This document shows, in pieces, positions 36,435-49,899 of a stretch of 64,000 bases of DNA; positions within the stretch are counted from its first letter, which is position 1, and the number at the start of each line of letters is the position of its first letter. A program made the position numbers and the translations under genes. This DNA comes from Octopus sinensis. Its lineage: Eukaryota. The DNA lies in NCBI RefSeq assembly GCF_006345805.1, contig NC_043021.1, positions 13,268,001 to 13,332,000 of the forward strand, written 5' to 3'. The notes below the pieces were generated by a model that did no database searches, was not told the DNA's origin, and saw nothing but the letters and a program-made list of their open reading frames with translations.

Positions 36435-37059
36435 TATTACACACACACACCACACAGATAGATGTGATGATAACTCTCGGCAGTTTTGATGTATGAGTGT
36501 TTGAAGGAAAGGATTTCATAAGAAGGGGAAAAAAATGGTTTAAAAATAAAAGAAGTTGCATCTATTTGCGATGGATTCATGAATATAATTTTGAATTCTG
36601 GTACGGATTCTGTTATGAAGTCGCAATTGGAGACACGGATGAATTTGATAGATTTTGCCAGGAATTGGACAAAAAGTGTCAGTTGATTGCAGGATATAAT
36701 TCTTTTATTGTTCCGTTTCTTCAACTCAAATTGTTTGGATGCATTATGACAAATGCATTGAGCAGAAATAACTGAGAAATACTGACATCTGTCATTCTTC
36801 TTCACTTCTGGGAGCAATTCATTTTGCATGTCTTTGAAGTAAGCTGTGTTTTTTTAAACACTCTATTGTCTTTCAAGGAGCCTTCCTTGGATGAACTACT
36901 GAAGCCTAAAAGCATTTAACAACACTAAATTTATTATTTTACTTGGGCAAGTGTCTTCCACTATAGTCTTAGGCCAGCCAAAGCCATGTAAGTGGATTTG
37001 GTAGACAGAAACTGAAGGAAGCCTGCTTCACACACAAGTATGTGTATATATATATATAT

Positions 37060-37620
37060 ATATATACTTGTGAAGACCTGACACTTGTGAAGACCTGTTG
37101 AGGCAAGTGAAAATCAAATCAAAACAAATCAAAATAGATGAACATCAATGGAATTTGTATCTTTGTGGTACCATTGCCGGTGGCACACAAGAAAATCATC
37201 CGAACGTGGCTGTAGCCAGTACCGCATAGACTGGCCTCCGTGCTTTGGGGACGTAACAAACACCATCCGATCGTGGCCATCCGCCAGCCTCATCTGGCAC
37301 CTGTGTCGGTGGCACATAAAAACAAACCACCATCCGAGTGGCCGTCTGCCAGCCTCGTCTGGCACCTGTGTCGGTGGCACATAAAAACACCATCCGAGCG
37401 TGGCCGTTCGCCGCCTCGTCTGGCACCTGTGTCGGTGGCACATAAAATCACCCACTACACTCTCGGAGTGGTTGGCGTTAGGAAGGGCATCCAGCTGTAG
37501 AAACACTGCCAGATCTGACTGGCCTGGTGCAGCCTTCGGGCTCCCCAGACCCCAGTTGAACCGTCCAACCCATGCTAGCATGGAAAACGGACGCTAAATG
37601 ATGATGATGATGATGATGAT
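37060..37620 (+). mobile_element. SINE family C, long copy with an internal ~62-bp VNTR (37262-37450, x3)
   Basis: CCATCCGA..GTGGCC.....GCCTCGTCTGGCACCTGTGTCGGTGGCACATAAAA x3; (GAT)n tail. Confidence 0.85.
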
Positions 37621-38022
37621 ATATATATATATATTATTTCTTTACTATCCACAAGGGGCTAACACAAGCACTGCCTTCAGTCTAACAAATCAACCCCAGG
37701 ACTTATACTTTGTAAGTCTAATACTTATTCTATCAGTCTCATTCTGCCGAACTACTAAGTGATGGGGACATAAACACACCATCACGGGTTGTCAAGCAGT
37801 GGTGGGCAACAAGCACAGGCACAGACGCACACACACACACACACGCACACAGTTTCTTTCAGTTTCTGCCTACCAAATCCACTCACAAGGCTTTGGTCAA
37901 TCTGAGGCCATAGTAGAAAACATGTGCCCAAGGTGCCAGAGTGGGACTGAACCTGGGACCATATGGTAGGGAAGCAAACTTCTTACCACACAGCCACAAC
38001 TGTGCCAATATATATATATATA

Positions 38023-38245
38023 AGGCGAGCTGGTAGAAATGTTAGCATGCCAGGCGAAATGCGTAGCCGTATTTCGTCTGCCATTGCGTTCTGAGTTCAA
38101 ATTCTGTCGAGGTCGACTATGCCTTTCATCCTTTCGGGGTCGATAAATTATGTACCAGTTACGCACTGGGGTTGATGTAATTGACTTAATCCGTTTGTCT
38201 GTCCTTGTTTGTCCCCTCTGTGTTTAGCCCCTTGTGGATAGTAAA
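38023..38245 (+). mobile_element. SINE family B, full length
   Basis: GGCGAGCTGGTAGAAATGTTAGC through TTAGCCCCTTGTGGATAGTAAA. Confidence 0.85.
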
Positions 38246-38253
38246 TAATATAT

Positions 38254-38286
<33 letters not shown>

Positions 38287-39374
38287 CATACTTGTGTGTG
38301 AGGCAGACTTCCTTCAGTTTCTGTCTACCAAATCCACCTACATGGCTTTGGCTGTCCTAAGGCTATAGTAGAAGACATTTGCCCAACATGCCACGCAGTG
38401 GGACTGAACCGGTGGCCATGAGATAGAGCAGTAAACCTCTTACTGCACAGCGATGCCTGCACGTATATGAAGTCAGGAAAGTGTTTACAACTATCTACAT
38501 ATACAGCATCGGCTAAAATCTATAGATTAAGTCTCCAGTACAGCATAATATTGAAGGAAAAAAAAGAAAGAAACCCAAACAAAACAAGCAAAAAACAAAG
38601 CAAAAACGCTGTAAAAAAAAATTGATAGAAATGTAGCATTACACCATGCATGTGACACCACAGCATCTCGATAATAGATACATGTTTTCAATATATATGG
38701 GATATCGCATCATATGGTATGGTAATATGTATCTATAGCTACGATGCAGTGGAAAACATAATTTGGCCTTTAAAAATCAGTCAAGAAACAAACTTGGGAC
38801 GTATTGGTAACCAAGCAACCAGGATCAGCTGCTGACAGGAATACAACACAAATATATATATATATATATATATAAATTCTGCATAAAGCTCTGGTAAATT
38901 ACTGAGCGATGTTCTTCGTGATTGAAGGGGGAAGACAGCATTCAGGAAAATAAAATAAAGGGAAAATTGATAATCAAGACTGAAGGAATAATTCCTTTTT
39001 TTTTTTTTTTTTATTTGTATTATTTCTGTTCGTAGGATGGACTAATTTGTATGGCAATAAAATCCTATAATGAGGAAGAATGGAATCAATCCATCTTGGA
39101 CCAGAGCACCTAGAAGATCAATTACAGTACAAGACACGCACACACATGCATATACATAAATATAAGTATATACATATATATATATGCACATACATATACA
39201 CTTACATATATATACAGACAAACATTTATATTTATATATATATATATATATTTGTGTGTGTGTGTATGTCCTACCCATGCATGCACGGAAGATGGACATT
39301 AAAGTTGATGATGATGATAGATATACATACATACATACATAACAAACATCTGCAAATAATATATAAATAGCTTA

Positions 39375-39431
39375 TATACAAATTGCACATATATATATAT
39401 ATATAATATATATATATAAATAAATATATAC

Positions 39432-39470
<39 letters not shown>

Positions 39471-39475
39471 TATAC

Positions 39476-39518
<43 letters not shown>

Positions 39519-39523
39519 TATAC

Positions 39524-39556
<33 letters not shown>
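39375..39556. repeat. (TA)n array interrupted three times by AAATAAATATATACCATTTT
   Basis: Three units of about 46-48 bp. Confidence 0.9.
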
Positions 39557-39559
<3 letters not shown>

Positions 39560-39562
39560 TAA

Positions 39563-39732
39563 GTGCAGGAGTGGCTGTGTGGTAAGTAGCTTGCTTACCA
39601 ACCACATGGTTCTGGGTTCAGTCCCACTGTGCAGCACCTTGGGCAAGTGTCTTCTGCTATAGCCTCAGGCCGACCAAAGCCTTGTGAGTGGATTTGGCAG
39701 AAGGAAACTGAAAGAAGCCTGCCGTATATATG

Positions 39733-39775
<43 letters not shown>

Positions 39776-39959
39776 ATGTATATGTTTGTTCCCCCCAACA
39801 TCGCTTGACAACTGATGCTGGTGTGTTTCCATCCCCGTCACCTAGCGGTTCGTCAAGAGAGACCGATAGAAGAAGTACTAGGCTTATAAAGAATAAGTCC
39901 TGGGGTTGATTTGCTCCAGCATGGCCACAGTCAAATGACTTAAACTAATAAAAGAATAA
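39563..39959 (+). mobile_element. SINE family A, full length
   Basis: Head, central microsatellite and tail present; short internal deletion before CTCCAGCATGG. Confidence 0.9.
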
Positions 39960-40107
39960 GACACACACATACACATCATATATCAGATCAGCCAGAACGT
40001 TGATTACACTATGTTCATGACAAAAGACTGCACAACATGCATTGCATATGGAAAAGTTTGTAAAGCTAAAAGGAGACCACTGCCTCCATATATATATATA
40101 TATATAT

Positions 40108-40445
40108 TTCATCATCATCGTTTAGCGTCCGTTTTCCATGCTAGCATGGGTTGGTCGGTTCTACTGGGGTCTGTGAAGCCAGAAGGCTTCATCAGGCCCA
40201 GTCAAATCTGGCAGTGTTTCTACGGCTGGATGCCCTTCCTAACGCCAACCACTCCGTGAGTGTAGTGGGTGCTCTTTACGTGCCACCCGCACTGGTGCCA
40301 GACAGAGCTGGCAAACGGCCACGAACGGATGGTGCTTTTTATGTGCCACCGGCACGAGGGCCAGGCGAGGCTGGCAATGGACACGAAACGGGGTGGTGCT
40401 GGCAACGGTTGCGAAACGGAAAGTTCTCTTATATGCCACCGGCAC
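40108..40445 (-). mobile_element. SINE family C
   Basis: Shares the variants TTCTACTGGGGTCTGTGAAGCCAGAAGGCTTCATC with the copy at 32311-32408. Confidence 0.85.
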
Positions 40446-40448
40446 TTT

Positions 40449-40552
40449 CTGCATACTAAAGCGGAAGTAGACAGATTTGTTTGTGAGGCCTGCCAAAAGA
40501 TATGCAACAACTTGGTGGGCTTCATTTCTTAATGAGCCACTGTCGGAAATAA
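40449..40552 (+). pseudogene. Decayed single C2H2-type zinc finger, probably an RTE LINE ORF2 C-terminus
   Basis: FVCEACQKICNNLVGFIS* then, after a 1-nt shift, MSHCRK*; the C-X2-C-X12-(H) spacing is retained. Confidence 0.5.
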
Positions 40553-41379
40553 AATTTATTCAGTAGTTAGTGATGGTTGTTTGGTATTTAAGTAAGTGGG
40601 TGCAGGTGTGGCTGAGTGGTAAGAAGCTTGCTTCCCATCCACATGATCCTGGGTTCAGTCCCACTGCATGGCATCCTGGTCATGTGCTTCTACTATAGCC
40701 TTGGAGGTGACTAAAGCTTTGTGAGTGTGTGTGTGTGGGGGGGATTTGGTAGATGGAAACTGAAAGAAACCCATCACATATATATCATCATTATCATATG
40801 TGTGTTTTTCATGCTGGCATTGGTTGGACTGTTTGACAAGTAGGCCGGGAGGCTGCACCAGTCCCCAATTTGATTTGGCAGGGTTTCTACAGCTGGATAC
40901 CCTCAATGCACCACACAGTAGGACTGAACCGAAAACCATATGGTTTGAAAGCAGACTTCTTACCACACAGCGATGCCAATGAAAGTTTCTTTCAGGCTTT
41001 CATTTTGTTTTCATTTCTTTATTTTGTTTTCAGAGTTTTCTTTGGAAAGTCAGACAGGAAGGTAAGCAAGTTAAACAGGAAAACCAGATGTCATGATTGA
41101 CAAGGTTGTCGGAGAGCAACGTTGGAAGTTTGGTAAGCGAAACACCATGCATTAAGTTTATGTGAGCGTGTTGTGTTGCGTCAGTCTGATGCAATGTAGG
41201 GTGAGACGTGCATTTTATAGACTTGATGCAGATGCAATTTAAAGGACATCTTCTACAGTTCCACAAACATGCCAGACAGAACATTAAGTGTCTTTGAGAA
41301 ACAGGAAACGGAAGTGCACTTCCTCAGCATCTTTGCAAGATGAAGGATGGGATGGTGTTTTTTTTAACACAAATGTTAC

Positions 41380-42120
41380 GCACTTGCATACATGCATGCA
41401 AACATACATGTGTACATACATATACATACATACATACATACATACAAATATACATGCACACATAATTACATACAAACATACATGTGTACATACATACATA
41501 CATATACATACAAATATATATGCATACTTAATTACATACAAACACACATGTGTACATACATATACATACAAATATATATGCACACATAATTACATACAAA
41601 CATACATGTGTACATACATATACATACATACATACAAATATATATGCACACATAATTACATACAAACATACATGTGTACAGACATATGTAAATGCACATA
41701 CATACACACATACATATATGCACACACAACTACATGCATACATGCAACCATACATATATGTAAACATAGACAACACATATTCCCACACATATATGCAAGC
41801 ATATACATACTTGAAAAGTATATACAAACATGTAAACACACACACACACATGTATATGAAACCGCAAACGCATGCAAACACACATACACACGCTAACATA
41901 CACCAACATACACTCAGATATATATATACATATGTGCAAACATTGACACACATTCAAACACAAATGTGCACATACATACATATATGCAACTACACACACA
42001 CACTCACACATACACACATGCAAACATACACACACAAACGGTCACACATATATACATATATGCAAACACTCATACACAGCTGAACAGAAATGCACACTCA
42101 CACACACACACACACACACA
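41380..42120. repeat. Degenerate (CA/TA) microsatellite with repeated CACATAATTACATACAAACATACATGTG units
   Basis: Seen directly. Confidence 0.9.
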
Positions 42121-42836
42121 CTACATGTCATAGGAGTCAAACTAAAAGGGCTAGGAACAGGATAGGACCCCTACCACAAAACCCAATCCCAGAAAACCTG
42201 TTCAAATCATGGCAGCATGGCACCTTGGGCAAGTGTCTTCTTTGTTAGCCCCAGGCCAGCAGAAGCCTTGTGAGTGGATTTGGCAGATGGAAACTGAAAG
42301 AAGCCCATCGTATATTTGCGAGTGAGTCTTTGTTTGTGTTCTCAACCCCACCCCTTGACAACTGGTGTTGGTATGTTTACATCCCTGTAGCTGAGCAGTT
42401 CGGCAAAAGAGACTGATAGGATAAGTACTAGGCTAAAAAAAAAATACTGGGTTCAATTCATTCATTCAACTAAAATTTCTTCAAGGTGGTGCCCCAGCAT
42501 GGCCACAGTATAATGACTGAAACAAGCAGAACTTAGAAGATAAAAGCTGCTGCTAAGAAGCAGAACAAAGGTTTTGACCAATAATACATGGTGTATGTAT
42601 GATGTATGTGTGTGTGTGTGTGCAACTACGCGTGTGTAAGTGTCTGTAAGGCATTATAAGCCTTTTGTTTCAACACGTTTAACAAGGCATGCTTAAATAT
42701 GTGTATTTGAGCATGCATGCATCAAATATGCTTATTTGAGCATGCATGCTTCAAATATGCATGTTTGAACATGTTAGTGCTTAATGTGTGTATGTGAATA
42801 CATACAGGATAATCAAAAGGGTATACCTATGTGAAT

Positions 42837-43056
42837 ACTCTTTACTCTCTTTTACTTGTTTCAGTCATTTGACTGCGGCCATGCTGGAGCACCGCCTTTA
42901 GTTGAGCAAATCGACCCCGGGACTTATTCTTTGTAAGCCTTTGTAAGCCAGTACTTATTCTATCGGTCTCTTTTGCCGAACCGCTAAGTTACAGGGACGT
43001 AAACACACCAGCATCGGTTGTCAAGCAATGCTAGGGGGACAAACACAGACACACAA

Positions 43057-43087
<31 letters not shown>

Positions 43088-43263
43088 CATACATATATAC
43101 GAAGGGTTTCTTTCAGTTTCCGTCTACCAAATCCACTCACAAGGCATTGGTTGGCCCGGGGCTATAGCAGAAGACACTTGCCCAAGATGCCACGCAGTGG
43201 GACTGAACCCGAAACCATGTGGTTGGTTAGCAAGCTACTTACCACACAGCCACTCCTGCGCCT
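42837..43263 (-). mobile_element. SINE family A, full length, CpG-retaining (young)
   Basis: Close to consensus; carries a 10-bp internal duplication CTTTGTAAGC. Confidence 0.9.
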
Positions 43264-43594
43264 ATATATATATATATATACACACCTCAGGTGGAGGTGT
43301 GGCTGGGTGCTAAGAAACTTGCCTCCCAACCACATGATTCGAGGTTCAATCCCATTGTGTGTGGCACCTTGGGCAAGTGTCTTCTACTATAGTCCCAGGC
43401 CAACCAAAGTCCTGTGAGTGGGTTTGGTAGACAGAAACTGAAAGAAGCCTGTCATCATCATCATCATTGTTTAACGTCCACTTTCCATGCTGGTATGGGT
43501 TGGACGGTTTAACTGAAGACTGGCAAGCCAGGCGGCTACACCAGGCTCCAATCTGATCTGGCAAGATTTCTACAGCGTCGTGTGTATATATATA

Positions 43595-43979
43595 TAGAGT
43601 TGGTAAAATATAATAGCGTGGAGGCGCAATGGCCTAGTGGTTAGGGCAGCGGACTTGCGGTCGGAGGATCGCGGTTTCGATTCCCAGACTGGGCGCACGA
43701 GGTATACTTTGCCAAACTGCTAAGTTACGAGGACATAAAACACTAGGATGTATACACACACACACATATATGTATGTATTTGTGTGTGTGTGTTTGTACC
43801 CCTGTCATTGCTTGACAACCAATGCTGGTGTTTTTATGTCCTCGTAACTTAGCAGTTGGTAAAGTATACCTCGTGCGCCCAGTCTGGGAATCGAAACCGC
43901 GATCCTCCGACCGCAAGTCCGCTGCCCTAACCACTGGGCCATTGCGCCTCCACGCTATTATAATATTTTACCAACTCTA
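43595..43979. repeat. Inverted duplication (about 150-bp arms, 84-bp spacer) containing a tRNA-like SINE head
   Basis: 43595-43743 versus reverse complement of 43828-43979; about 5 differences. Confidence 0.95.
43623..43695 (+). mobile_element. tRNA-derived SINE head (Arg-like, pseudo-anticodon GCG); mirror copy 43876-43948 on minus strand
   Basis: A box TGGCCTAGTGG, B box GGTTTCGATTCC; no acceptor stem pairing. tRNA-Arg-derived octopus SINEs (OR1/OR2) are known; identity with them is unverified. Confidence 0.75.
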
Positions 43980-44598
43980 AAAGAAAGAACGAAACGTATA
44001 GTTTGATCTGGTCAGGATTTGAACTCAGAAAACATACGTAAAGGGACATAACCCAAGATAGCCAGATTTTTGAATTCATCAAACGCCAGCTCAGGTAAAT
44101 AATATACAAAACATACGAAGTAAATGAAAAAAAAAAAAAACTATGCCGTTCAAAACAACAGATGTAAGTACAAAGAGGGTGGTGGGTGGGGTGTAGGATA
44201 GAGAAAAAGAAAAAAAAGAAAATTAATTACAGAGTTAAGTCGTTTCTAATTAGTTACAGTAATCACTGAAGATTAAATGAAAAGCCAGGTACAGATGATA
44301 TTATGAGCTGTTATCATTGTTTTTGATTTAATATTTACTACTACGACTGCTGCAACTTGGTAGCCAGTGATAGAGCAGCAACCGTTGAGCTTGGTACATA
44401 TTATTGGTGCACACACACACACACACAAACTTAAACACATTGAGGCTTCCGTACAGGTACGCACACAGCAGCAGCCTTGCGCTCCTTCATACTCTCTCTC
44501 TCTCTCCATCCCTCCCACGATCTCCCAACGCCTGCAAAACCAAGAGAGGGATCAGTGAACTGATAGTAATTACATCTTTGGCAACACTATCAATGAAG

Positions 44599-44634
<36 letters not shown>

Positions 44635-44698
44635 AGAGAGGTGGAGTGGAGAGAGCAAATAGTAAGCTTAAGGCAAAGAGAGGAATATGTGGCACGTT

Positions 44699-44736
<38 letters not shown>

Positions 44737-44909
44737 GAAAGAGATAACAGCAACTGTATTGATCTGTTTTTTTTGCAACAGCCATTCCGAGATGCACAGC
44801 TGTTAAAATGTTCCGTCCTATAAAACTCCCAACATCCCACAACTGGGTAAAACCCAACACCAGGCACACAAACCGATGTGTGAACGTGTGTGTGAGTGCG
44901 TGCGCACGT

Positions 44910-44968
<59 letters not shown>

Positions 44969-45569
44969 CGTTCGTTTGTGTTAAGTATGGAAGTGTGCCA
45001 ACATCAATTTATGTTGGGAGTCGGTCCCTACAGATTTGTATAATCTGGGCTTAAATTATTTTATCATTAGAGTATTGAGTCCCTAGTTTTTTATTGTCTA
45101 GTTTCCTCGGTGCAAATGAAGGAGAAAGCGAGAGAGAAAGAGAGGGGAAGGCAAAAAGAGAAGTAAGTACAGAGATTAAAGAAAAAAAGGCAGAGAGAGA
45201 GAAAGAGGAATAGACATGTATATTCATATATTAGCCATATTGGCGATCTATATTCATTTTCTTTTATCTTTCCTTTCACTAATTTCAGACATTAAACTGT
45301 GGCCATGCTGGGGCATCACCGCCATGATGAATTTCAGTCAAACCAACAGACCCCAGTACTTTTTTGTTTGTTTTTGTTTTAGAAGTCTGGTACTTTTTCT
45401 ATTGGTCTCTTGCCAAACTGCTATGCTACGGGGACATAACCACACCAACACCAGTTGTCAAGTGATGGTGGGGGACAGACACATTGAAAAGAGACAGAGG
45501 CAGAAAGAGACACAGATAGGGAAAGGCCCAAAGATTTTATACATACATACACACACACACACACATGTA

Positions 45570-45646
45570 CAGGGTGTCCATAAAATATCTTTACAACTTC
45601 CAAACTTTTAATCTCAATATTATAAAGGGACTTTATGGACACCCTG
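45570..45646. mobile_element. Tiny Tc1/mariner MITE (77 bp)
   Basis: TIRs CAGGGTGTCCATAAA and TTTATGGACACCCTG; TA on the left, TG on the right. Confidence 0.75.
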
Positions 45647-46912
45647 TGTGTGTGTATATATATACACATAGATGTATATATATCATCATCATTGTTTAAC
45701 GTTCGCTTTCTACACTGGCATGGGTTAAATGGTATGATTGAAGAATGGCAAGCCAGATGGCTGCACCAGGCTCCAGTCTTATCTGGCAATGTTTCTACAG
45801 CTGGATGCCCTTCCTAACGCCAACCACTCTAAGAGTGTAGTGGAGGATTTTACATGCCAAAATGTATATATACATACATACCACACACACATGTACCTCA
45901 TATATACATATATTTATACATACATATATACACAAATATATATATATAGGTGCAGGCATGGCTCTGTGGTAAGAAGCTTGCTTCCCAGCCACATGGTTCT
46001 GGGTTCAGTCTCATTGCGCGGCACCTTGCGCAAGGGTTTATTTCTATAGCCTTGGGCTGACCAAAGCCTTGTAAGTGGCTTTGATAAATGGAAACTGAAA
46101 GAAGCCCGCCATATATATATGTGTGTGTGTGTGCGTCTGCATCTGCATTTGTCCCCCCCCCACCCACCCACCCATCACTGCATGACAACCAGTGTTGGTG
46201 TGTTTACGCCCCTGAATCTTAGTGGTTCAGCAAAAGAGACTGATAGAATAAGTACTAGACATGAAAAATAAGTCCTAGGGGGGCTTGATTTGTTCAACTA
46301 GAACCCTTCAAGGAGCTACTCCAGCATGGCCGCAGTCACATGACCGAAGCAATAAAAGAGTAAAAGAAAATGTATGTGAAGAGAGAGACGGACAAGAAGA
46401 CAATGGTGGGGAGAGAGGAAGAGAGAGAGAGAGAAAAGGAGAAAGATTAAAAACAAAAAAAAGCAGAAACAGAGGTTTCTTTGCCTGCAAATAGGTGTGT
46501 TGGTGGTGATGGTGGGGAACAAGAGTAAAAAAGGATTACTTTTGAAGTAACCGAAACCTTGTCGAAGGCATAATCCAATTTTATATGCATTTTTATTTAT
46601 CAGTTCTGTTACTGTTCCTTTTCTTTTCTATTTTTCTTCTTCTTTTTAATCCACCGAAAAGAAGGACCGGCCCATAACCTCCACAAAATATCTGAATATA
46701 TAAATAAATAAATAAATAAGCGAGGCTATTCTCAAAGGGTGTCCCACTCCACTGCATCAGTAATTAAATTGGTCGATGGCTTGCGGAAGACTCCCAATGA
46801 AATACATCTTCCCGTAGACAGGACAGTGTTGCTGTTACTGCTGCTGCTGCATATGAAGGCATCGTCTGAAGCTGGCTTGTGTGTTATATAGGAAGATTTA
46901 TATTAGCTGTTA

Positions 46913-47316
46913 TTCTTTATTCTTTTACTTGTTTCAGTCAGTTGGCTGCGGCCATGCTGGAGCACTGCCTTTAGTCGAATCAAATCGACCCCCAGGACTT
47001 ATTCTTTGTAAGCCTAGTACTTATTCTATCAGTCTCTCTTGCTGAATCGCTAAGTTATGGGGACATAAACACACCGCATCGGTTGTCAAGCGATGTTGGG
47101 GGGACAAACACAGATACGCAACATACACACACACATATATATACACATATATATACGAGCTTCTTTCAGTTTCCTTCAGCCAAATCCACTCACAAGGCTT
47201 TGGTCGGCACGAAGCTATAGTAGAAGACACTTGCCCAGGGTACCACACAGTGGGACTGAACCCGGAACCATGTGGTTAGTAAGCAAGCTACTTACCACAC
47301 AGCCACTCCTGCGCCT
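46913..47316 (-). mobile_element. SINE family A, full length
   Basis: Matches the family consensus. Confidence 0.9.
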
Positions 47317-47595
47317 GTTATGTAGAAGACTAACTCTTTTGTTTCTAGATTCTTATTGAAATATGCTATCTTTGTTTCAATCAATTTTAAAAGTAATGGA
47401 AAATTTCTTCAAATAACAAGTCAGTATAAAGTTGCTGTTTGGAACATAAATTAACATGGAATTTTGATGGATGGGTTTAATTAAATTAAAACTTTTTAAA
47501 ACAATAAGTTTGTGTCACAGGACTCGTGCTGGTTTTAGGTAGGTTGGTATCAATAGAGTTACGCTATCAATAGAATTAACCCCTTTGTTGCCATT

Positions 47596-48138
47596 CAAGG
47601 TTTAATAATAAAAAAAAAGTACTGGGAATGTTGCTATAGTAACGGAACTAAAGCGTGTAGATTGAAGCCAGTTGGCATAGATTGACCTTGAACTCTGCCA
47701 CACATGCATTCTAAGTTATAACGTTCTCATTCACTTTGGTTGCTTATAGCAGTGCTTGGAATTAAAGTAGAGTGCAGGTGTGTCAAAAACAAGGTTGGGT
47801 TTCAGCTGTACAGGATTTCTTTGATTGTGTTGAGGAAGATGAAGACTATTTGAAAATGATAACAGGTGGTGATGACTCATGTGTCTATGGCTTTGACCCC
47901 AAAACCAAGTTTTGAAGAAAATTCCATGAAAAAAGAACAAGATTTCAAGACATCAAGATCCAGAAGTATGCAATGAGGCAGCTGCTTGCATGCTTCCATC
48001 AATGGAAATGATGCTGGATAAAGGTGTTTAGCTTCAGAAGGGGACTAATTCGAAGGAGATCAAATGCTGGGTTGATTATATGTTGTGGTTTTTTTATTTT
48101 GAGCACCAGTCCTAATATTTTTTGATCAGAGAGATGTA
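47596..48138 (+). pseudogene. Internally deleted mariner element with transposase remnants
   Basis: 47784-47909 reads QKQGWVSAVQDFFDCVEEDEDYLKMITGGDDSCVYGFDPKTK (compare ITGDETWVYGYDPETK); C-terminal remnant RFQDIK...CFHQWK*...KCLASEGD*FEGDQ; right TIR remnant TTTTTGATCAGAGAGATGTA. Confidence 0.8.
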
Positions 48139-48357
48139 AAACAATGATGATGATGATAAGCATGTTTGCAGTACAGAATTATCTGGAAATGTTACCCGTG
48201 AAAGCTATGGTCCCCAAAATCAAGGCTTGAAAGGAATCTCACTTGAATGGAACAAAATTTGATGATGTCAAGAAAATCCAAGAACTATGCTAAAAAAAAA
48301 AGGAGTTCCAGGAATGGAACTTCCATCAGTGAGTTGTAGTGCTCTTTTTATAATACC

Positions 48358-48577
48358 AGGTGGCGAGCTGGCAGAAACGTTAGCGCACCGGGCGAAATGC
48401 TTAGTGGTATTTCGTCTGTCGTTACATTCTGAGTTCAAATTCCGCCGAGGTCGACTGTGCCTTTCATCCTTTCGAAGTCGATAAATAAAGTACCAGTTTC
48501 GCACTGGGGCCGATATAATCGACTTAATCCCCTTGTCTGTCCTTGTTTGTCCCCTCTATGTTTAGCCCCTTGTGGGT
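48358..48577 (+). mobile_element. SINE family B, full length, abutting a minus-strand SINE A (48578-48843)
   Basis: Consensus match for both elements. Confidence 0.88.
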
Positions 48578-49899
48578 ACTCTTTTACTTGTTTCAGTCAT
48601 TTGACTGCGGCCATGCTGGAGCACCGCCTTTAGTCTTGCAAATCGACCCCGGGACTTATTCTTTGTAAGCCCAGTACTTATTCTATCGTTCTCTTTTGCA
48701 GAACCGCTAAGTGACGGGGACGTAAACACACCAGCATCGGTTGTCAAGCAATGCTAGGGGGACAAACACACACACACATACACATATATACATATATACG
48801 ACAGGCTTCTTTCAGTTTCCGTCTACCAAATCCACTCACAAGGTATCGTTGTATCCATGAGAAGACTGATCTCACAGCAGCTTAATTTTATGATACTGGT
48901 ACAAGCGTAGCTGTGTGGTAAGAAGTTTGCTTCCCAACCACATGATATTGTCTGCTATTATAGCCCAGGGCCGACCAAAGCCTTGTGAGTGGATTTGATA
49001 GATAGAAACTGAAAGAAGCCCATTGTGTATAAGTGTATGTATATATATAATAAAAAAGAATTGAGGTCAATTTGTTTGATTAAACTCTTCGCGGCAGTGC
49101 CCCAGCATGGCCACAGTCTAGTGACTGCAACAATTAAAAAGGTAAGTAAATCTGGATGGAAAAATAAGTAACTAAATAAAAAGGGGATGATCATAGCTGG
49201 AACATATTCGATTGTTTGCCTGCTCGACAAGATTGACCTGGGGTTAAACAATAACAAGACACCAGTGGATGCTGCCTGCATCGATTTAAAGTGCCACAAG
49301 ATGCGGTTCAGACATGATTGTGCAAATGATGAAGATCAACACATAGCTAAGGAGGAGGGAGGGGAGAAAGAGGTGAAGAAGTGAAGAGAGAGAGAGGGGG
49401 AGAGAGAGAGAGAGAGGTGAAGAAGTGAAGAGAGAGGGGGGAGGGAGAGAGGTGCAGGGAGGGGGGAAACAGCAAGAGCGGGAAGTGTACGAAACTGAAC
49501 ATCATTGAAAGCTGTGTTCACAAGTTAGAGAAGGGAACGTGTGAAAGTAATGACGAAAAGAGAGAACATCAGAGAGAGAGAAAGAGAACGAGAAGGTGGG
49601 GAGAGGGGGAGAACGGGTGAGTGGGGGAAATGAAAAAGAGCGAGAGCTGACACACACACACTACACTAAATCAAATTCATCCCATTTGTGAAGCCGTTCA
49701 TCCAATGGTGCACACTCCCTTCTTTCATACGTGCACGTAGACATAAACAATTGCATACAGCTATCTCTTGTCCCTACACCGCCACCACCACCATCATGGC
49801 CACAGCCACCGCCGCCACCACCAACAACGCAAACCTTACTAACCCACTCTGTTCTGTAGAGTTTATGTAAAGAAGGAGCTGAGTCAGAATCTCCTTTAA

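Noticed and set aside
41288-42083. 202-aa and 177-aa H/T/Y/I ORFs
   Set aside because: (CA/TA) microsatellite translations.
43623-43695. Functional tRNA-Arg(GCG) gene pair
   Set aside because: No acceptor stem, an extra T in the B box and no nearby terminator; better explained as a SINE head.
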